A stretch of DNA of 64,000 nucleotides from Cyanobacteria bacterium P01_A01_bin.123 (GCA_039815185.1 JBCBZT010000042.1:1-64000), one strand, 5' to 3'. Shown: positions 51,692-61,291, counted from the stretch's first letter. Notes: a model not told the origin generated them from the sequence alone. Translations and numbers: made by a program.

Positions 51692-52441
51692 GTGAATAGT
51701 CAGGAAAGAATCGAAGCCAAGCAAGCTCTGCGGGAGGCATTGGCGGCCCACGGGGGCGATCCCCACAATCCGGTTGTCATGAGTGCGATCGCGCACCTTG
51801 CCACCCTCAACCCGACGCCCACCCCAGCCCACAACACCGATTTACTCGATGGTAACTGGCGGTTAATCAGCGCCCCTAGTTTTCCGGATGGCGAACAACG
51901 CGCAGATGGCACCTATGTCTATACGTTGGGTCGACTGGCGTTTAATATGTTTCAGCCGAAAGATCTGAAGGTCTTGATTAATCAGGTCTCCCAGCCTGTA
52001 TTCCCCATAGATGCAGGTGTCCAGCGCACCCATGATATTGTGGTGGATTTCTCGACGCTCAACGAAGACGTTTCGCCATTGCGGGGTGTTGTGCGGAATT
52101 TGGGCATTTGTGAACCGAATAGCGATACAGCCTTACGGGTCTGGTTCACTGGCGGTGTGCTAGAACCCTCCGCCGGCCAGGATCTGCAAGAATGGCAATC
52201 AATCTTTGGTGACCCAACTGCACCGTCTCGTTCTAGCAGTTTAGGGGAATGGTTTCAAGGATTATTCCTCAAGATTATGTTTGGATTAGTACCGCCGGAG
52301 GGGATGGCAACCGACACCGGACGCGTGGAATTTCAAATGACGCGATCGCCTAAAGGCATCCTCACCCTCTTGTATCTAGACGATGAACTCCGCATCACCC
52401 AGGGCCAAAAGGAAACTGTGCTGGTCTGTGAGCGGTATTAG
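51692..52441 (+). CDS. PAP/fibrillin-family protein
   Basis: LATLNPTPTP...LLDGNWRL; LTLLYLDDELRITQG. Confidence 0.8.
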   Translation: MNSQERIEAKQALREALAAHGGDPHNPVVMSAIAHLATLNPTPTPAHNTDLLDGNWRLISAPSFPDGEQRADGTYVYTLGRLAFNMFQPKDLKVLINQVSQPVFPIDAGVQRTHDIVVDFSTLNEDVSPLRGVVRNLGICEPNSDTALRVWFTGGVLEPSAGQDLQEWQSIFGDPTAPSRSSSLGEWFQGLFLKIMFGLVPPEGMATDTGRVEFQMTRSPKGILTLLYLDDELRITQGQKETVLVCERY

Positions 52442-52571
52442 GGGTTTCCCCTGAGCGCGATCGCGCTGACCATGGCTGCCCTGAGCGCAGGCATTTTAAT
52501 TCGCAACCCTAAGTAACCGTCTAAGGACGCTGATTGAGGACACTAATTGCGATTAACTGAAACGTTTGTAG

Positions 52572-52600
52572 TATGGGGCTGGCCAGATTGCTTCATGCAC
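52572..52600 (+). repeat. 29-bp left-end fragment of the 105-bp element
   Basis: TATGGGGCTGGCCAGATTGCTTCATGCAC. Confidence 0.7.
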
Positions 52601-52732
52601 TGCCTGGGAACAGTTGTTTGTTGTGTTGCCTGATGAAGTCAGTGTTCCCGCTTAAGACTTATGCGAAGCAACTTTATAAACTTTCCTCGATTTTCGTAAG
52701 GCTTTTGTGAAATACCTCAGGGAGGCTTGCGT

Positions 52733-52816
52733 ATGCTCCGTGAAGCGCGTGTAATGGCAACTAAGGCCAAAACGCATCTACTTATTGGTCTACAAGCTCC
52801 AGAATTTGCGTCTTGA
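52733..52816 (+). CDS. Candidate 27-aa small protein MLREARVMATKAKTHLLIGLQAPEFAS
   Basis: GGAGG 7 nt before ATG; strong terminator 40 nt downstream; otherwise empty 670-bp interval. Confidence 0.4.
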   Translation: MLREARVMATKAKTHLLIGLQAPEFAS

Positions 52817-52856
52817 GTAATGCTTAAGTCGTTCTTGATTATGTCTCCGCAACATG

Positions 52857-52886
52857 GTTCCCGTGATTACCACGGGAACTTTTTTT
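52857..52886 (+). terminator. Rho-independent terminator
   Basis: GTTCCCGTG-attac-CACGGGAAC followed by T7. Confidence 0.85.
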
Positions 52887-52890
52887 GTTG

Positions 52891-52995
52891 TGTGGTGCTG
52901 GCCAGATTGCTTAATGCACCGAGTGTCGCTGGGATGCTCAACACACCAGCAATCTAGCTTGCAGTAGCGCACAAAGCTTTGTGGCTACTGCTATA
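52891..52995 (+). repeat. 105-bp dispersed element, copy 3
   Basis: Colinear with 1279-1383; left end decayed (TGTGG), right end CTATA. Confidence 0.88.
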
Positions 52996-53108
52996 TCAGT
53001 CCGTTAACAGCTCCAGAATTTTGCGCAGCCACAAGCCCCATGAATGCCCTGGCAAAAGGGTTTAAGTATACTAAGCGTATTGAACAGCGGGGCTAAAGCG
53101 ATAAGTCA

Positions 53109-53477
53109 ATGGCAGATCCAGAAAAGCTTGCCTTTCGCGATCGCGTCATTACCCAGCTCAACCAAATCGCCCCAGTGACAGCACGGGCCATGTTCGGCGG
53201 CTACGGGCTTTACTTAGACGGGCTAATGTTTGGGCTGATTGCTTACAATGTTCTGTATTTCAAAGTTGATGATGGCAACCGAGCCGATTTTGTCGCTGCT
53301 GACATGGGGCCATTCGTCTACGAGGGGAAAAAACGCCCGATCGAGATGTCCTATTTCAGGCTACCCGAGACCGTGTTTGAAGATTTAGCTGAACTCCATC
53401 ATTGGCTTGAGCAGGCCCATGCTGCAGCCAAACGGGCCAAACAGAAATCACCGCAACGATCTAAAAAACAACCTTAA
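53109..53477 (+). CDS. TfoX/Sxy N-terminal domain protein
   Basis: RAMFGGYGLY, LYFKVD, PFVY, MSY. Confidence 0.9.
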   Translation: MADPEKLAFRDRVITQLNQIAPVTARAMFGGYGLYLDGLMFGLIAYNVLYFKVDDGNRADFVAADMGPFVYEGKKRPIEMSYFRLPETVFEDLAELHHWLEQAHAAAKRAKQKSPQRSKKQP

Positions 53478-54754
53478 CGAACACAGTCAACGACTGTTTC
53501 TGGTCCCAGCACTGAGATAAATGGGGCCTCAAAAGAAGCCATCGCCACGGCTTTTGCTTCTTCTGGGGTAACCGACGCGATCGCGTCTTGAAAGGCTTGA
53601 TCAAAGTCGCTCCCCAAGCCCAACACTTCATACCAGCCGACCAATTGGGCAATTTGAGCATTGGTTTGTTTGCCCAATGCATATTGGCCCAGCATCTTAT
53701 TTTTCGCAACTTGCAGTTCTTCCTCGCTTAATAGGGTGGTGCATAGGCGCTCAATTTCACCCTGCAAGCCCTCTAAGGCGGTTTGGGTGTTCTGAGGAGC
53801 AGTACCGATATAAGCCACAAACTGTGACACCCCCAATCGAGTGGGATAAAATGCCGACACGTCATAAGCTAATCCGCGTTTTTCGCGCATTTCGACAAAC
53901 AGACGACTGGAGAGTCCATTGCCTAGGTAGGTGTTGAGCAGCTTCAGTGGTGCATAGGCAGCTTGTTTCACGGCTGCACTTTGATACCCCAGCATGACAA
54001 TAGATTGATTGGTCTCTTGGGCCGTGATCGCGTTGGCAGCAGTCATCGGCACAGACGGAAATACAAGAGCCGGCGGGGGGGTATCAGGGGCTTGCCAGTC
54101 ACCAAATACCTTTTCTACCAGGTCAACCGCTTGATCCACAGCAATGCGGCCAGAAATACTGATCACCATGTTGTCGGGACGAAAATAGGCCCGATGGGCT
54201 TGGTGCAAGACTTCAGCCGTCAAATTTGCCACACTCTCTGCGGTACCCATATTCGGGCGAGCATAGGGGTGATCACCATAGAGAATACAACGCAGATTGT
54301 TGTAGGCTACCGTAAACGGCTGCTCTTGCATGGATCGCAACCCTTGCAGGGTCAAGCGGCGTTCTAAGTCAACTTCAGCTTCAGGAAAGCTAGGATATCG
54401 CCAAATTTGCCCTGCCAGCGTCAGCATAGCGGGAAAATCTGCCGAAACAGTTTTGAGGCTAAGTAAGCTGTAGTCGGCGGCGGCATCAGTCCCTAAGCTA
54501 GCGCCTACAGATTCTACCTGTTCAGCAATTTCCATCGATGATAGGGCATGAGTCCCCTTGGTAAGTAGCGAAGCAAGTAAGCTAAACAACCCTGCCTGAG
54601 AAGACGGTTCATAGGCGACACCCGCCCTCACCAATAGCCGTGCTGAAATAATGTCAGAAACCGGATTTGCAACTATGAGCATGACCAACCCATTGGGCAA
54701 AACGTGGCGGTGGGTCATGGATTGAATGGAAGATGAAGATTTCGAAGCAATCAC
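53474..54754 (-). CDS. M16B peptidase, non-catalytic subunit (cytoplasmic)
   Basis: LPNGL, LLTKGT, SRLFVEMREKRGLAY; no HxxEH. Confidence 0.9.
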   Translation of the reverse strand: MIASKSSSSIQSMTHRHVLPNGLVMLIVANPVSDIISARLLVRAGVAYEPSSQAGLFSLLASLLTKGTHALSSMEIAEQVESVGASLGTDAAADYSLLSLKTVSADFPAMLTLAGQIWRYPSFPEAEVDLERRLTLQGLRSMQEQPFTVAYNNLRCILYGDHPYARPNMGTAESVANLTAEVLHQAHRAYFRPDNMVISISGRIAVDQAVDLVEKVFGDWQAPDTPPPALVFPSVPMTAANAITAQETNQSIVMLGYQSAAVKQAAYAPLKLLNTYLGNGLSSRLFVEMREKRGLAYDVSAFYPTRLGVSQFVAYIGTAPQNTQTALEGLQGEIERLCTTLLSEEELQVAKNKMLGQYALGKQTNAQIAQLVGWYEVLGLGSDFDQAFQDAIASVTPEEAKAVAMASFEAPFISVLGPETVVDCVR

Positions 54755-54841
54755 ACAAATATCCTAGGAATTCAGGGAACAGGGAGTCAGAAAATGGGGA
54801 CTCTGGAAAGGCCGGGCGGGTCTTTAAACGGTTGGGTGAGA

Positions 54842-56110
54842 TTAGATCGGTTTCAAGACAGTGGCAACGTAATTCTCCGGCGAAACATAACGTTTTGCCA
54901 ACTGTTGGAGCGATTCTGTGTCATAGGATTGGATGACCTGGGGATAGGTAAAACACAGCTCAGGGCTAGCCACCGTGCCATAGTAGCCATACAGCCCTGC
55001 TAGCTGACCTGAGGTTTCAGTTGAAAAAGCGTAGTCATTACACAGCAGCCGCTTGGCTCGCTTAAGTTCGGCCTCAGTAATGGGTTCATTGGCGATCGCG
55101 GCCACGTGGCTTTGAATCCGAGCTTCTACTTCTGGTGCTGCTTTAGGGTCGAGCCAAGCGCTAATTGAAAACAGGCTACAGTCGCGCTGTAGTGAGAAGC
55201 TGCTGCCAATATCCATCACCAACTGCTGGTCTTCGCGCAATTCCCGCACGAGTCGCGACGACCGACCTTCTGCCAACAGCGCCGATAGTAAATCAATCCC
55301 ATAACCAGCCTTGAGCTGATCAATCCCAGGACAGATCCAGGCCAGGGTCAAGCGGCCTTGTTCTATGCGGGGTAGCTCTAAAACCTGACGCTGGATACCT
55401 TGAATTGAGGGTGCTGCGATCGCTTCATCGTGGGGACACACCACGGGTTGTGCAAAGGGGCGAAAGGCGTGAGTGACTAACGCTAGTGTGGTGTCTAAAT
55501 CAACGCCGCCGACAATGACGACTGTCATATTTTCAGGCTGATAATGGGCTTTGTGAAAGCACATCATCTCTTCCGGCGATCGCTGGTTAAGCAACTCCGC
55601 TGTGCCCAAAATCGGCCGACCATAGGGATGCTGCTGGTAAACTTGCTCAGCCATTGCCTGGTAGCCAATCCAATCCGGATCGTCCATCGCCTGTAGAATT
55701 TCTTCTAAAACGACGTGGCGCTCGCACTCAAACTCATCTGCGGGGATAGCCGCATGCAGTAGCAAATCAGCCAGATAAGGCAGCGTTTCAGCTAAGGCAT
55801 CAGCCGCGATGGTTAAAAAGAAATGGGCATAGTCATGGCTGGTGGCGGCATTGGTCATGCCACCCCGACTTTCAATTGCATAGTCAAAGTGGCCCGGTGC
55901 GAGCTGATCGGTACCCTTGAAAATCATGTGCTCTAAAAAGTGAGCCAGACCAGACCAAGCCGCTGGTTCTGCGATCGCGCCAGCTCGCACCCACACATCC
56001 GCAACCACTACGGGTGTCGCAGGCACTTCATGGTGAATGATGGTTAAGCCACTATCGAGCCGAACTACCGTAGCAGGGAAGTTGGGGTGCAAAGAAGGAT
56101 GTTGTGCCAA
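54842..56110 (-). CDS. M16B peptidase, catalytic subunit (cytoplasmic)
   Basis: GLAHFLEHMIFKGT, NAATSHD, HPYGRPILG. Confidence 0.92.
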   Translation of the reverse strand: MAQHPSLHPNFPATVVRLDSGLTIIHHEVPATPVVVADVWVRAGAIAEPAAWSGLAHFLEHMIFKGTDQLAPGHFDYAIESRGGMTNAATSHDYAHFFLTIAADALAETLPYLADLLLHAAIPADEFECERHVVLEEILQAMDDPDWIGYQAMAEQVYQQHPYGRPILGTAELLNQRSPEEMMCFHKAHYQPENMTVVIVGGVDLDTTLALVTHAFRPFAQPVVCPHDEAIAAPSIQGIQRQVLELPRIEQGRLTLAWICPGIDQLKAGYGIDLLSALLAEGRSSRLVRELREDQQLVMDIGSSFSLQRDCSLFSISAWLDPKAAPEVEARIQSHVAAIANEPITEAELKRAKRLLCNDYAFSTETSGQLAGLYGYYGTVASPELCFTYPQVIQSYDTESLQQLAKRYVSPENYVATVLKPI

Positions 56111-56563
56111 TAGAGGTCGAGCGGAACGACAGGAAAAAGTAGGACTGAAAGGCTTTTCGCCCCGATAAATCTGATTTTTTAGTGAGTTTATCTACTCTAA
56201 AGGGCGTAACCAAAAACGAACTTGAAATGGCTTTGATTTAAACACAATTATACAAAAATCCCCCTACTCTTATGAGTAAGGGAATTCTAATGCTTAAAAG
56301 TCCACCGCAGCGCCGTCTTACCTCAGTCTTCGACCTGGAAAATCCAGGTGGGTACTTTGGCATCAGCTTAAAGTTTCCGAGTACTAAGCCCGGTTTACTG
56401 CCACTGACACAACTAGTTCCCTTTGAAGTCAAGCATAGATCGTAAAACGTTATTGGCAGTCACCAACGCCGCAGTTGAACTAGGCACCATCATAACCAAC
56501 CCCCTACCGCATTCGGCAAGGGGCTAAACCAAGAATTGCTGACAAACTATTTGTGTGCTAATG

Positions 56564-56698
56564 CACATCCGATTTGAAACATTAGGGCACGTTATCAATT
56601 AAACGCAGAAAGCTTTATGGCTCAGCCTTGCCGCGCCCGACCCAACTAATCTAGGGTTTTAGCTTAAGGAAAACTGTGGATCTGGATGTGGAGGCGGT
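56564..56698 (+). repeat. Dispersed repeat (long form) related to 30608-30673
   Basis: Both ends match 30608-30624 and 30630-30673. Confidence 0.7.
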
Positions 56699-56700
56699 AT

Positions 56701-57480
56701 ATGCCTGCGCTAATCACGCTGTTAACCGACTTTGGTGATCAAGATGTTTATGTTGGCGTCATGAAAGGGGTGATGGCTGCGATCGCGCCTCAAGCTCAGT
56801 TCATTGACCTGACCCACACCATCCCGCCCCAGGATCTGTGGGCAGCTCGATTTAACTTGCTCAACGCTTACCGTTATTTTCCGCCTGATACGATTCATCT
56901 TGCCGTCGTTGATCCAGGTGTTGGTACAGCTCGACGGGCGATCGCCATTGCAACCGCCCAAGGCACTTTTGTCGGCCCAGACAACGGTATTTTTAGCGGC
57001 GTTCTAGCCCAAACCCCGGTTCTGAGAGCCGTCGAACTGGCTAATCCGACCTATTGGCGCACCCCAACCCCTAGCGTGACCTTTCACGGTCGAGACCTAT
57101 TTGCCCCCGCCGCTGCTTACCTCGCCCAAGGCGTGCCTCTGGAATCCCTAGGGCCAGCGATCGCGCCGGAGTCCCTGGTTTCTCTCGATTTGCCGCCTCT
57201 GAAAATAACTTCAAATGCCATCGAAGGGACGATTCAATACTGCGATCGCTTCGGCAATCTGGTGACCACCATTCCCGGCGATCGCGTTCCGTCTGGATCT
57301 TGGTATTTAGAAATAGGCAACCACAAGATTAAAAGCGGAAAAACCTACGGCGATCGCCCGATCGGCAGCTTGATTGCCCTCATGGGTAGCCATGGCTGGG
57401 TAGAGCTTGCTGTCAATGGGGGGAGTGCAGAAGATGCGTTAGGGTGGATGGGGGAGGTGAGGGTGGTCGTGAGGTGGTGA
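56701..57480 (+). CDS. SAM hydrolase/chlorinase-fluorinase (DUF62) family protein
   Basis: ITLLTDFG, VVDPGVG, GPDNG, TFHGRDLFAP, DRFGNL. Confidence 0.92.
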   Translation: MPALITLLTDFGDQDVYVGVMKGVMAAIAPQAQFIDLTHTIPPQDLWAARFNLLNAYRYFPPDTIHLAVVDPGVGTARRAIAIATAQGTFVGPDNGIFSGVLAQTPVLRAVELANPTYWRTPTPSVTFHGRDLFAPAAAYLAQGVPLESLGPAIAPESLVSLDLPPLKITSNAIEGTIQYCDRFGNLVTTIPGDRVPSGSWYLEIGNHKIKSGKTYGDRPIGSLIALMGSHGWVELAVNGGSAEDALGWMGEVRVVVRW

Positions 57481-57484
57481 GAGA

Positions 57485-58756
57485 CTATTCTCCCAACCGC
57501 TCATTAGCTTCTCCAATCCAGCCATCCGATAGGGGATCTGTCGGTTGGGCATATTCCAGACAAGATTGCCAGATGGGCAACGCTGTTTCTACAGTCGTCT
57601 CTTGTTCAACCGTTTTTGCCAGCAGACAATAGGTTGTGCCAAGCAAGTTGGTCTGCGGTGGCGTGTCTTGATTAAGAGACTGCTGCTGAATTTGTAGGGA
57701 CTGGGCCAGATAGTCTTGAGCTTCGGTGAGTCGGCCCTGGCGCAGTCTAGCCCAGCCTAGATTGGTCAACAGTTCTGCGTTGACTTCTGGTCTGCTTTCA
57801 ATCAACTCTTCATCCGGTCGGGCGAGAGCCGTATTGAGCAGCGCCGCAGCTTTGGCATGGTCCTCATTTTGGATGTGAAGCCGGGCGAGGCTGTTGTAGG
57901 CAGGCAGATATCCGCCTTTGAGGGCGATGTGATACTCGTCCATGGCTTCTGCAGGTTGTTGAAAGGTTTCAAATACTTGCCCTAGCGCGTTGTGGGCGGC
58001 AAGGTTACCATCGTCGAGACTGATGGCCCGTTGGAGCTCGTTCCTGGCATCACTCAGATTGCCTTCAGCTAATGCTTGGCTACCTTGTTGGCTGAGGCGT
58101 TCAGAAATCATCGGTAGGGAAGTTCGAAATCCCACCAGAATCATTAGCAGTGTTAGCGATAAGCCGAATTTAGTTTCTTGCCAGTAGTAGCGTCTTAGCC
58201 CCATGCTGCACAGCATTTGATCGATGGTGCGACGCCCTGCATCCGTCAAAACGCCCCCTGCAGTGGCCAGGGTAATTAAGCTTTGGGAAATGACGGCAAA
58301 GGAGCCAAATACGCCAGGTCCGCCCGTCAAAAACTTGGAACCCATGTCGATCACCAAGCTGGCTGAGGCAGTCAGAGAGGTAACGGTCAAGGCATTCCAT
58401 AACCAGTCAAAGCGATCGAGTTGATGGGTTGGTGCTTCTAAAAACCACCACCAGTCAGTTTTCGGTGGGTTGAGGCTGACTCGCCAGTCGCTTAGGGGGG
58501 CGATGCGTGTCATCGAACCCGCTAGAGATCTGAGTTTTTGGTCAAGCTTAATTAGCTGCAGCAAATCCGCCTGCGATCGCCCTCCAGAGTCGGTCTGCGA
58601 CCGCCCCGCGGCACCATCGTGATCTTGCCGCACCGCATCTCTGGCGAGCAGCACCGCCAACACCTGAGCATCGGTTGCCTTTGAGCCTGCCTGTTCTAGC
58701 TCGGCCAAAGCCTTTGCATAGGATCTTAGGTTTGGGTTATCAGTCGCGATCGCCAT
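57485..58756 (-). CDS. Membrane-anchored TPR protein
   Basis: DWWWFL, 2-3 TM segments, TPR units (AHNALG, AYNSLARL, NLGWARL). Confidence 0.8.
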   Translation of the reverse strand: MAIATDNPNLRSYAKALAELEQAGSKATDAQVLAVLLARDAVRQDHDGAAGRSQTDSGGRSQADLLQLIKLDQKLRSLAGSMTRIAPLSDWRVSLNPPKTDWWWFLEAPTHQLDRFDWLWNALTVTSLTASASLVIDMGSKFLTGGPGVFGSFAVISQSLITLATAGGVLTDAGRRTIDQMLCSMGLRRYYWQETKFGLSLTLLMILVGFRTSLPMISERLSQQGSQALAEGNLSDARNELQRAISLDDGNLAAHNALGQVFETFQQPAEAMDEYHIALKGGYLPAYNSLARLHIQNEDHAKAAALLNTALARPDEELIESRPEVNAELLTNLGWARLRQGRLTEAQDYLAQSLQIQQQSLNQDTPPQTNLLGTTYCLLAKTVEQETTVETALPIWQSCLEYAQPTDPLSDGWIGEANERLGE

Positions 58757-58922
58757 GGTTTTCTAGGGAACTTTGTCTTTGACAAGTCTGGTTTCAATTT
58801 TGACTGATGGCAGGCTACATGGGAACTAACTACGTAACCATGACTTTTCTGAATAAGGAACAGAAGTCAACTGACACAGTTAAGTATGTAGGCTAGATTG
58901 AGCTTTGGCCGTACTCGACGCC

Positions 58923-59216
58923 TTACAAAAATGACGACTGATCTGCGCTGTGGGTCCAGCATAGGGTGTGGCCACGGATGGCTTGGTTGTGTTGGGTGGC
59001 AAAGTCAACGAAGGCGTCGGCGCGGCTGAAGTCGTATTGGTTGGGTTGGGCGCAGATGCTGCCGCATTTCATGGCGTTGGCGGGTACGCATAAGTTGAAG
59101 TTGTCGGCGTGGATTTGGCGATAGGTAGGGTCGGTGAAGAAATACGGCTCTTTGGTGACGGCAGTACCGAGGGTGAAGTTGCAGTGCGCGGCTAGGGTGC
59201 GGAGGTTAGAGGTCAT
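58923..59216 (-). pseudogene. GH10 (endo-1,4-beta-xylanase-like) 5' fragment 1
   Basis: LRTLA, GTAV, FNLCVPANAMK, YDFSRAD, IRGHTLCW, then truncated. Confidence 0.8.
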
Positions 59217-59389
59217 AAAAATACGAGGAACTAGCTAGAACAAGCGATTAGAAGCTGTCTTAAACGCGTTCGAGCAAACGATGAGCTGATGTCAAGGCGT
59301 TCAATGATAAAGAAGATTTATTTTTTGGAAAAGTGCGATCGGTCTCCTTTATGGTTAGGTTGAGGCATGTAGTGCGATCGCTTCTTGTC

Positions 59390-59548
59390 GTAGGTTGGGC
59401 TGAGATACGAAACCTCACATAAAAGTCATTCTTAATTCTTAATTGTGTTTGTCAAAGCTGTGTAGGGTTATTGATCTATAAAAACAGCGATCGCGCTTTA
59501 CTTTTAATAATGCATGTTGGATTTCGGCAAGCCAAATCTACAATCTAC
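59390..59548. repeat. Inverted pair of GTAG-type REP sequences (REPIN-like)
   Basis: GTAGGTTGGGCTGAGATACGAAACCTCACA (59390-59419) facing TGTTGGATTTCG...CAATCTAC (59515-59548). Confidence 0.6.
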
Positions 59549-59588
59549 AAGATCGGTCGCATCCGATCTTGTAGCACATTCCAGACTG

Positions 59589-59682
59589 TATAGCGTTTTC
59601 TATCGGATAAGATACACAGAGTTATTTCTGCATAAAGATTCGAGTCTCGAATTTGTACCAAACGAGAGTTAGAAACGCTATA
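59589..59682. mobile_element. 94-bp MITE-like element with TATAGCG...CGCTATA ends
   Basis: TATAGCGTTTTCTA / TAGAAACGCTATA terminal inverted repeats. Confidence 0.7.
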
Positions 59683-59724
59683 TATTTCACCAATAGTCAC
59701 TGGGTTTAAGTAGTATGATAAGGT

Positions 59725-60345
59725 TTACGGGCAACCCCAAGATGTTATTGCAAGTAGACCTGAATCTTCTGCTGTTGCTCTCTCCAAAGCTGCTGGGATC
59801 ACATTAAGAATTTCCGATAAATTGCTAGACGCACGGCTATCAAAACCTGTGTAATCTAGAATTTTTTTAGCTCTTTCAAAATAGCTTTCCCAGTCAATAT
59901 CAAGGACTTGAGTAACAGCAGTACGCGCATTATCAATCTCTGTTGAATGTAACAAAATATTTCCCAAATGTCCTGGGAGCTTTGAAAATCGTTCGCTACC
60001 AATTCCAACTAAAAGAACAGCGGGTGGTAGTATACGTGACTGCGCACACATTTCGATGATATCTTTTGATGACAGAGGGTATCCCTCTTCCATTAGCTGA
60101 TAAGCAAGGATATCAAAAGGTTCATGATAGAGAGAAGAGGATAAGTCTTGCCCAGTAAAAATATTCTCTATCCAAGAGTCAACGTAACTTTGAGTGACTG
60201 GTAATGTATTTGGGTAAGATGATAGGGTTGGAATTCCCGGCAAGCTGGGCATCCCTTTAGATGCTTTTTCAAAAACTCTTTTTACAGCTTTGAAATGGGC
60301 ATTGTCAACTTTATAGAAGTACCACAAACCATCAGTACTCATCAC
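59725..60345 (-). CDS. Hypothetical AT-rich protein
   Basis: 206-aa ORF with AGGAG RBS; family not recognised. Confidence 0.7.
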   Translation of the reverse strand: MMSTDGLWYFYKVDNAHFKAVKRVFEKASKGMPSLPGIPTLSSYPNTLPVTQSYVDSWIENIFTGQDLSSSLYHEPFDILAYQLMEEGYPLSSKDIIEMCAQSRILPPAVLLVGIGSERFSKLPGHLGNILLHSTEIDNARTAVTQVLDIDWESYFERAKKILDYTGFDSRASSNLSEILNVIPAALERATAEDSGLLAITSWGCP

Positions 60346-60368
60346 AATATCTCCTAGCTATCAGTTCC

Positions 60369-60543
60369 CTTGTAGGGTGCGTTGCTATAAGTAAACGCAC
60401 TTCTAAGCATCATATCGCTTCTCATCAATTGCTATATCAGACTCGTAATTTCTCTAATCTGGTAAATATACATATAAAGAAACAAGTTGTACTCTAAATA
60501 CTCCAACTAAAAGGTGCGTTTGCGATGCAACTCACCCTACAAG
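60369..60543. repeat. Inverted pair of GTAG-type REP sequences (REPIN-like)
   Basis: CTTGTAGGGTGCGTTG...AAACGCAC (60369-60400) and its near reverse complement GTGCGTTT...CAACTCACCCTACAAG (60514-60543), followed by HIP1. Confidence 0.72.
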
Positions 60544-60555
60544 ATCCGCGATCGC

Positions 60556-60720
60556 ACTCACGCATTCACATGTATCAGTTGCCTCAGATCCTTGCAGTTG
60601 CTCATAACTTTGCTCTGAATTTCTATCGCTCGAATCAGTTCTCTAATATGGCTCAGGTTGAACGTCGCTGTAAATTTAGCTTAGGTACTCCAAAGAGAAT
60701 TTTCAGAATGAAATAGCCCT
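60556..60720 (+). mobile_element. ISAs1-family transposase 3' remnant
   Basis: SRI...LPQILAVAHNFALNFYR...FSNMAQ...FRMK resembles the C-terminus of cyanobacterial ISAs1 transposases; GAAATAGCCCT end. Confidence 0.65.
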
Positions 60721-60724
60721 ACTC

Positions 60725-61291
60725 TTAATTGTACTCAATTACGTATGTGGAACTATTTTTCTCCTCAAAAGCTTTGGTAACCTGATCACCCTCATAAACT
60801 ATTGAGCCTTGACTACCTTCTAGTCTCAAAGGTTCAATTCCAAGGCGATGTACACGACCTGATTCCATAGCTTGCTCACTTTCTTTCTCATGTCCTAAAT
60901 AATTGGATTCCCAATGTATTTCCACCGCCGTTTGAGGGGCAATTCTAAAGTTGACTACTCGCTCCTCAACATCGCAAAAATATTCATTTGAATTCAGCTG
61001 TCTCCAGTCAGATGAAGCTGGCCTGAGCTCAGAAGCTTTCCTAACATTTTCAAGGATGTAAGGTGCACTTCTAGCAGATGTTTCAAAGCAATCAGAGAAA
61101 TCGATGTTGTCTGTAGGCTTAGACGAAATATATCTCGACACACGATATGAAATCATTATGTCATCTTCAGAACTATTAATTACATAAAAACTTGATGCCC
61201 ACGAACAGCCAGAAAAAATAGACAAGGATAAGACCAGGCAAGCAATCCGAATATAAATATATAATTTTCTGCTTGGAAAAATATCTTTCAT
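60725..61291 (-). CDS. Predicted lipoprotein, copy B
   Basis: Lipobox FSGC; highly similar to 62089-62655. Confidence 0.8.
   Translation of the reverse strand: MKDIFPSRKLYIYIRIACLVLSLSIFSGCSWASSFYVINSSEDDIMISYRVSRYISSKPTDNIDFSDCFETSARSAPYILENVRKASELRPASSDWRQLNSNEYFCDVEERVVNFRIAPQTAVEIHWESNYLGHEKESEQAMESGRVHRLGIEPLRLEGSQGSIVYEGDQVTKAFEEKNSSTYVIEYN

Noticed and set aside
56272..56445. 57-aa plus-strand ORF in the M16/SAM-hydrolase gap
   Set aside because: No recognisable motif or convincing RBS; no SAM riboswitch consensus seen in this interval either
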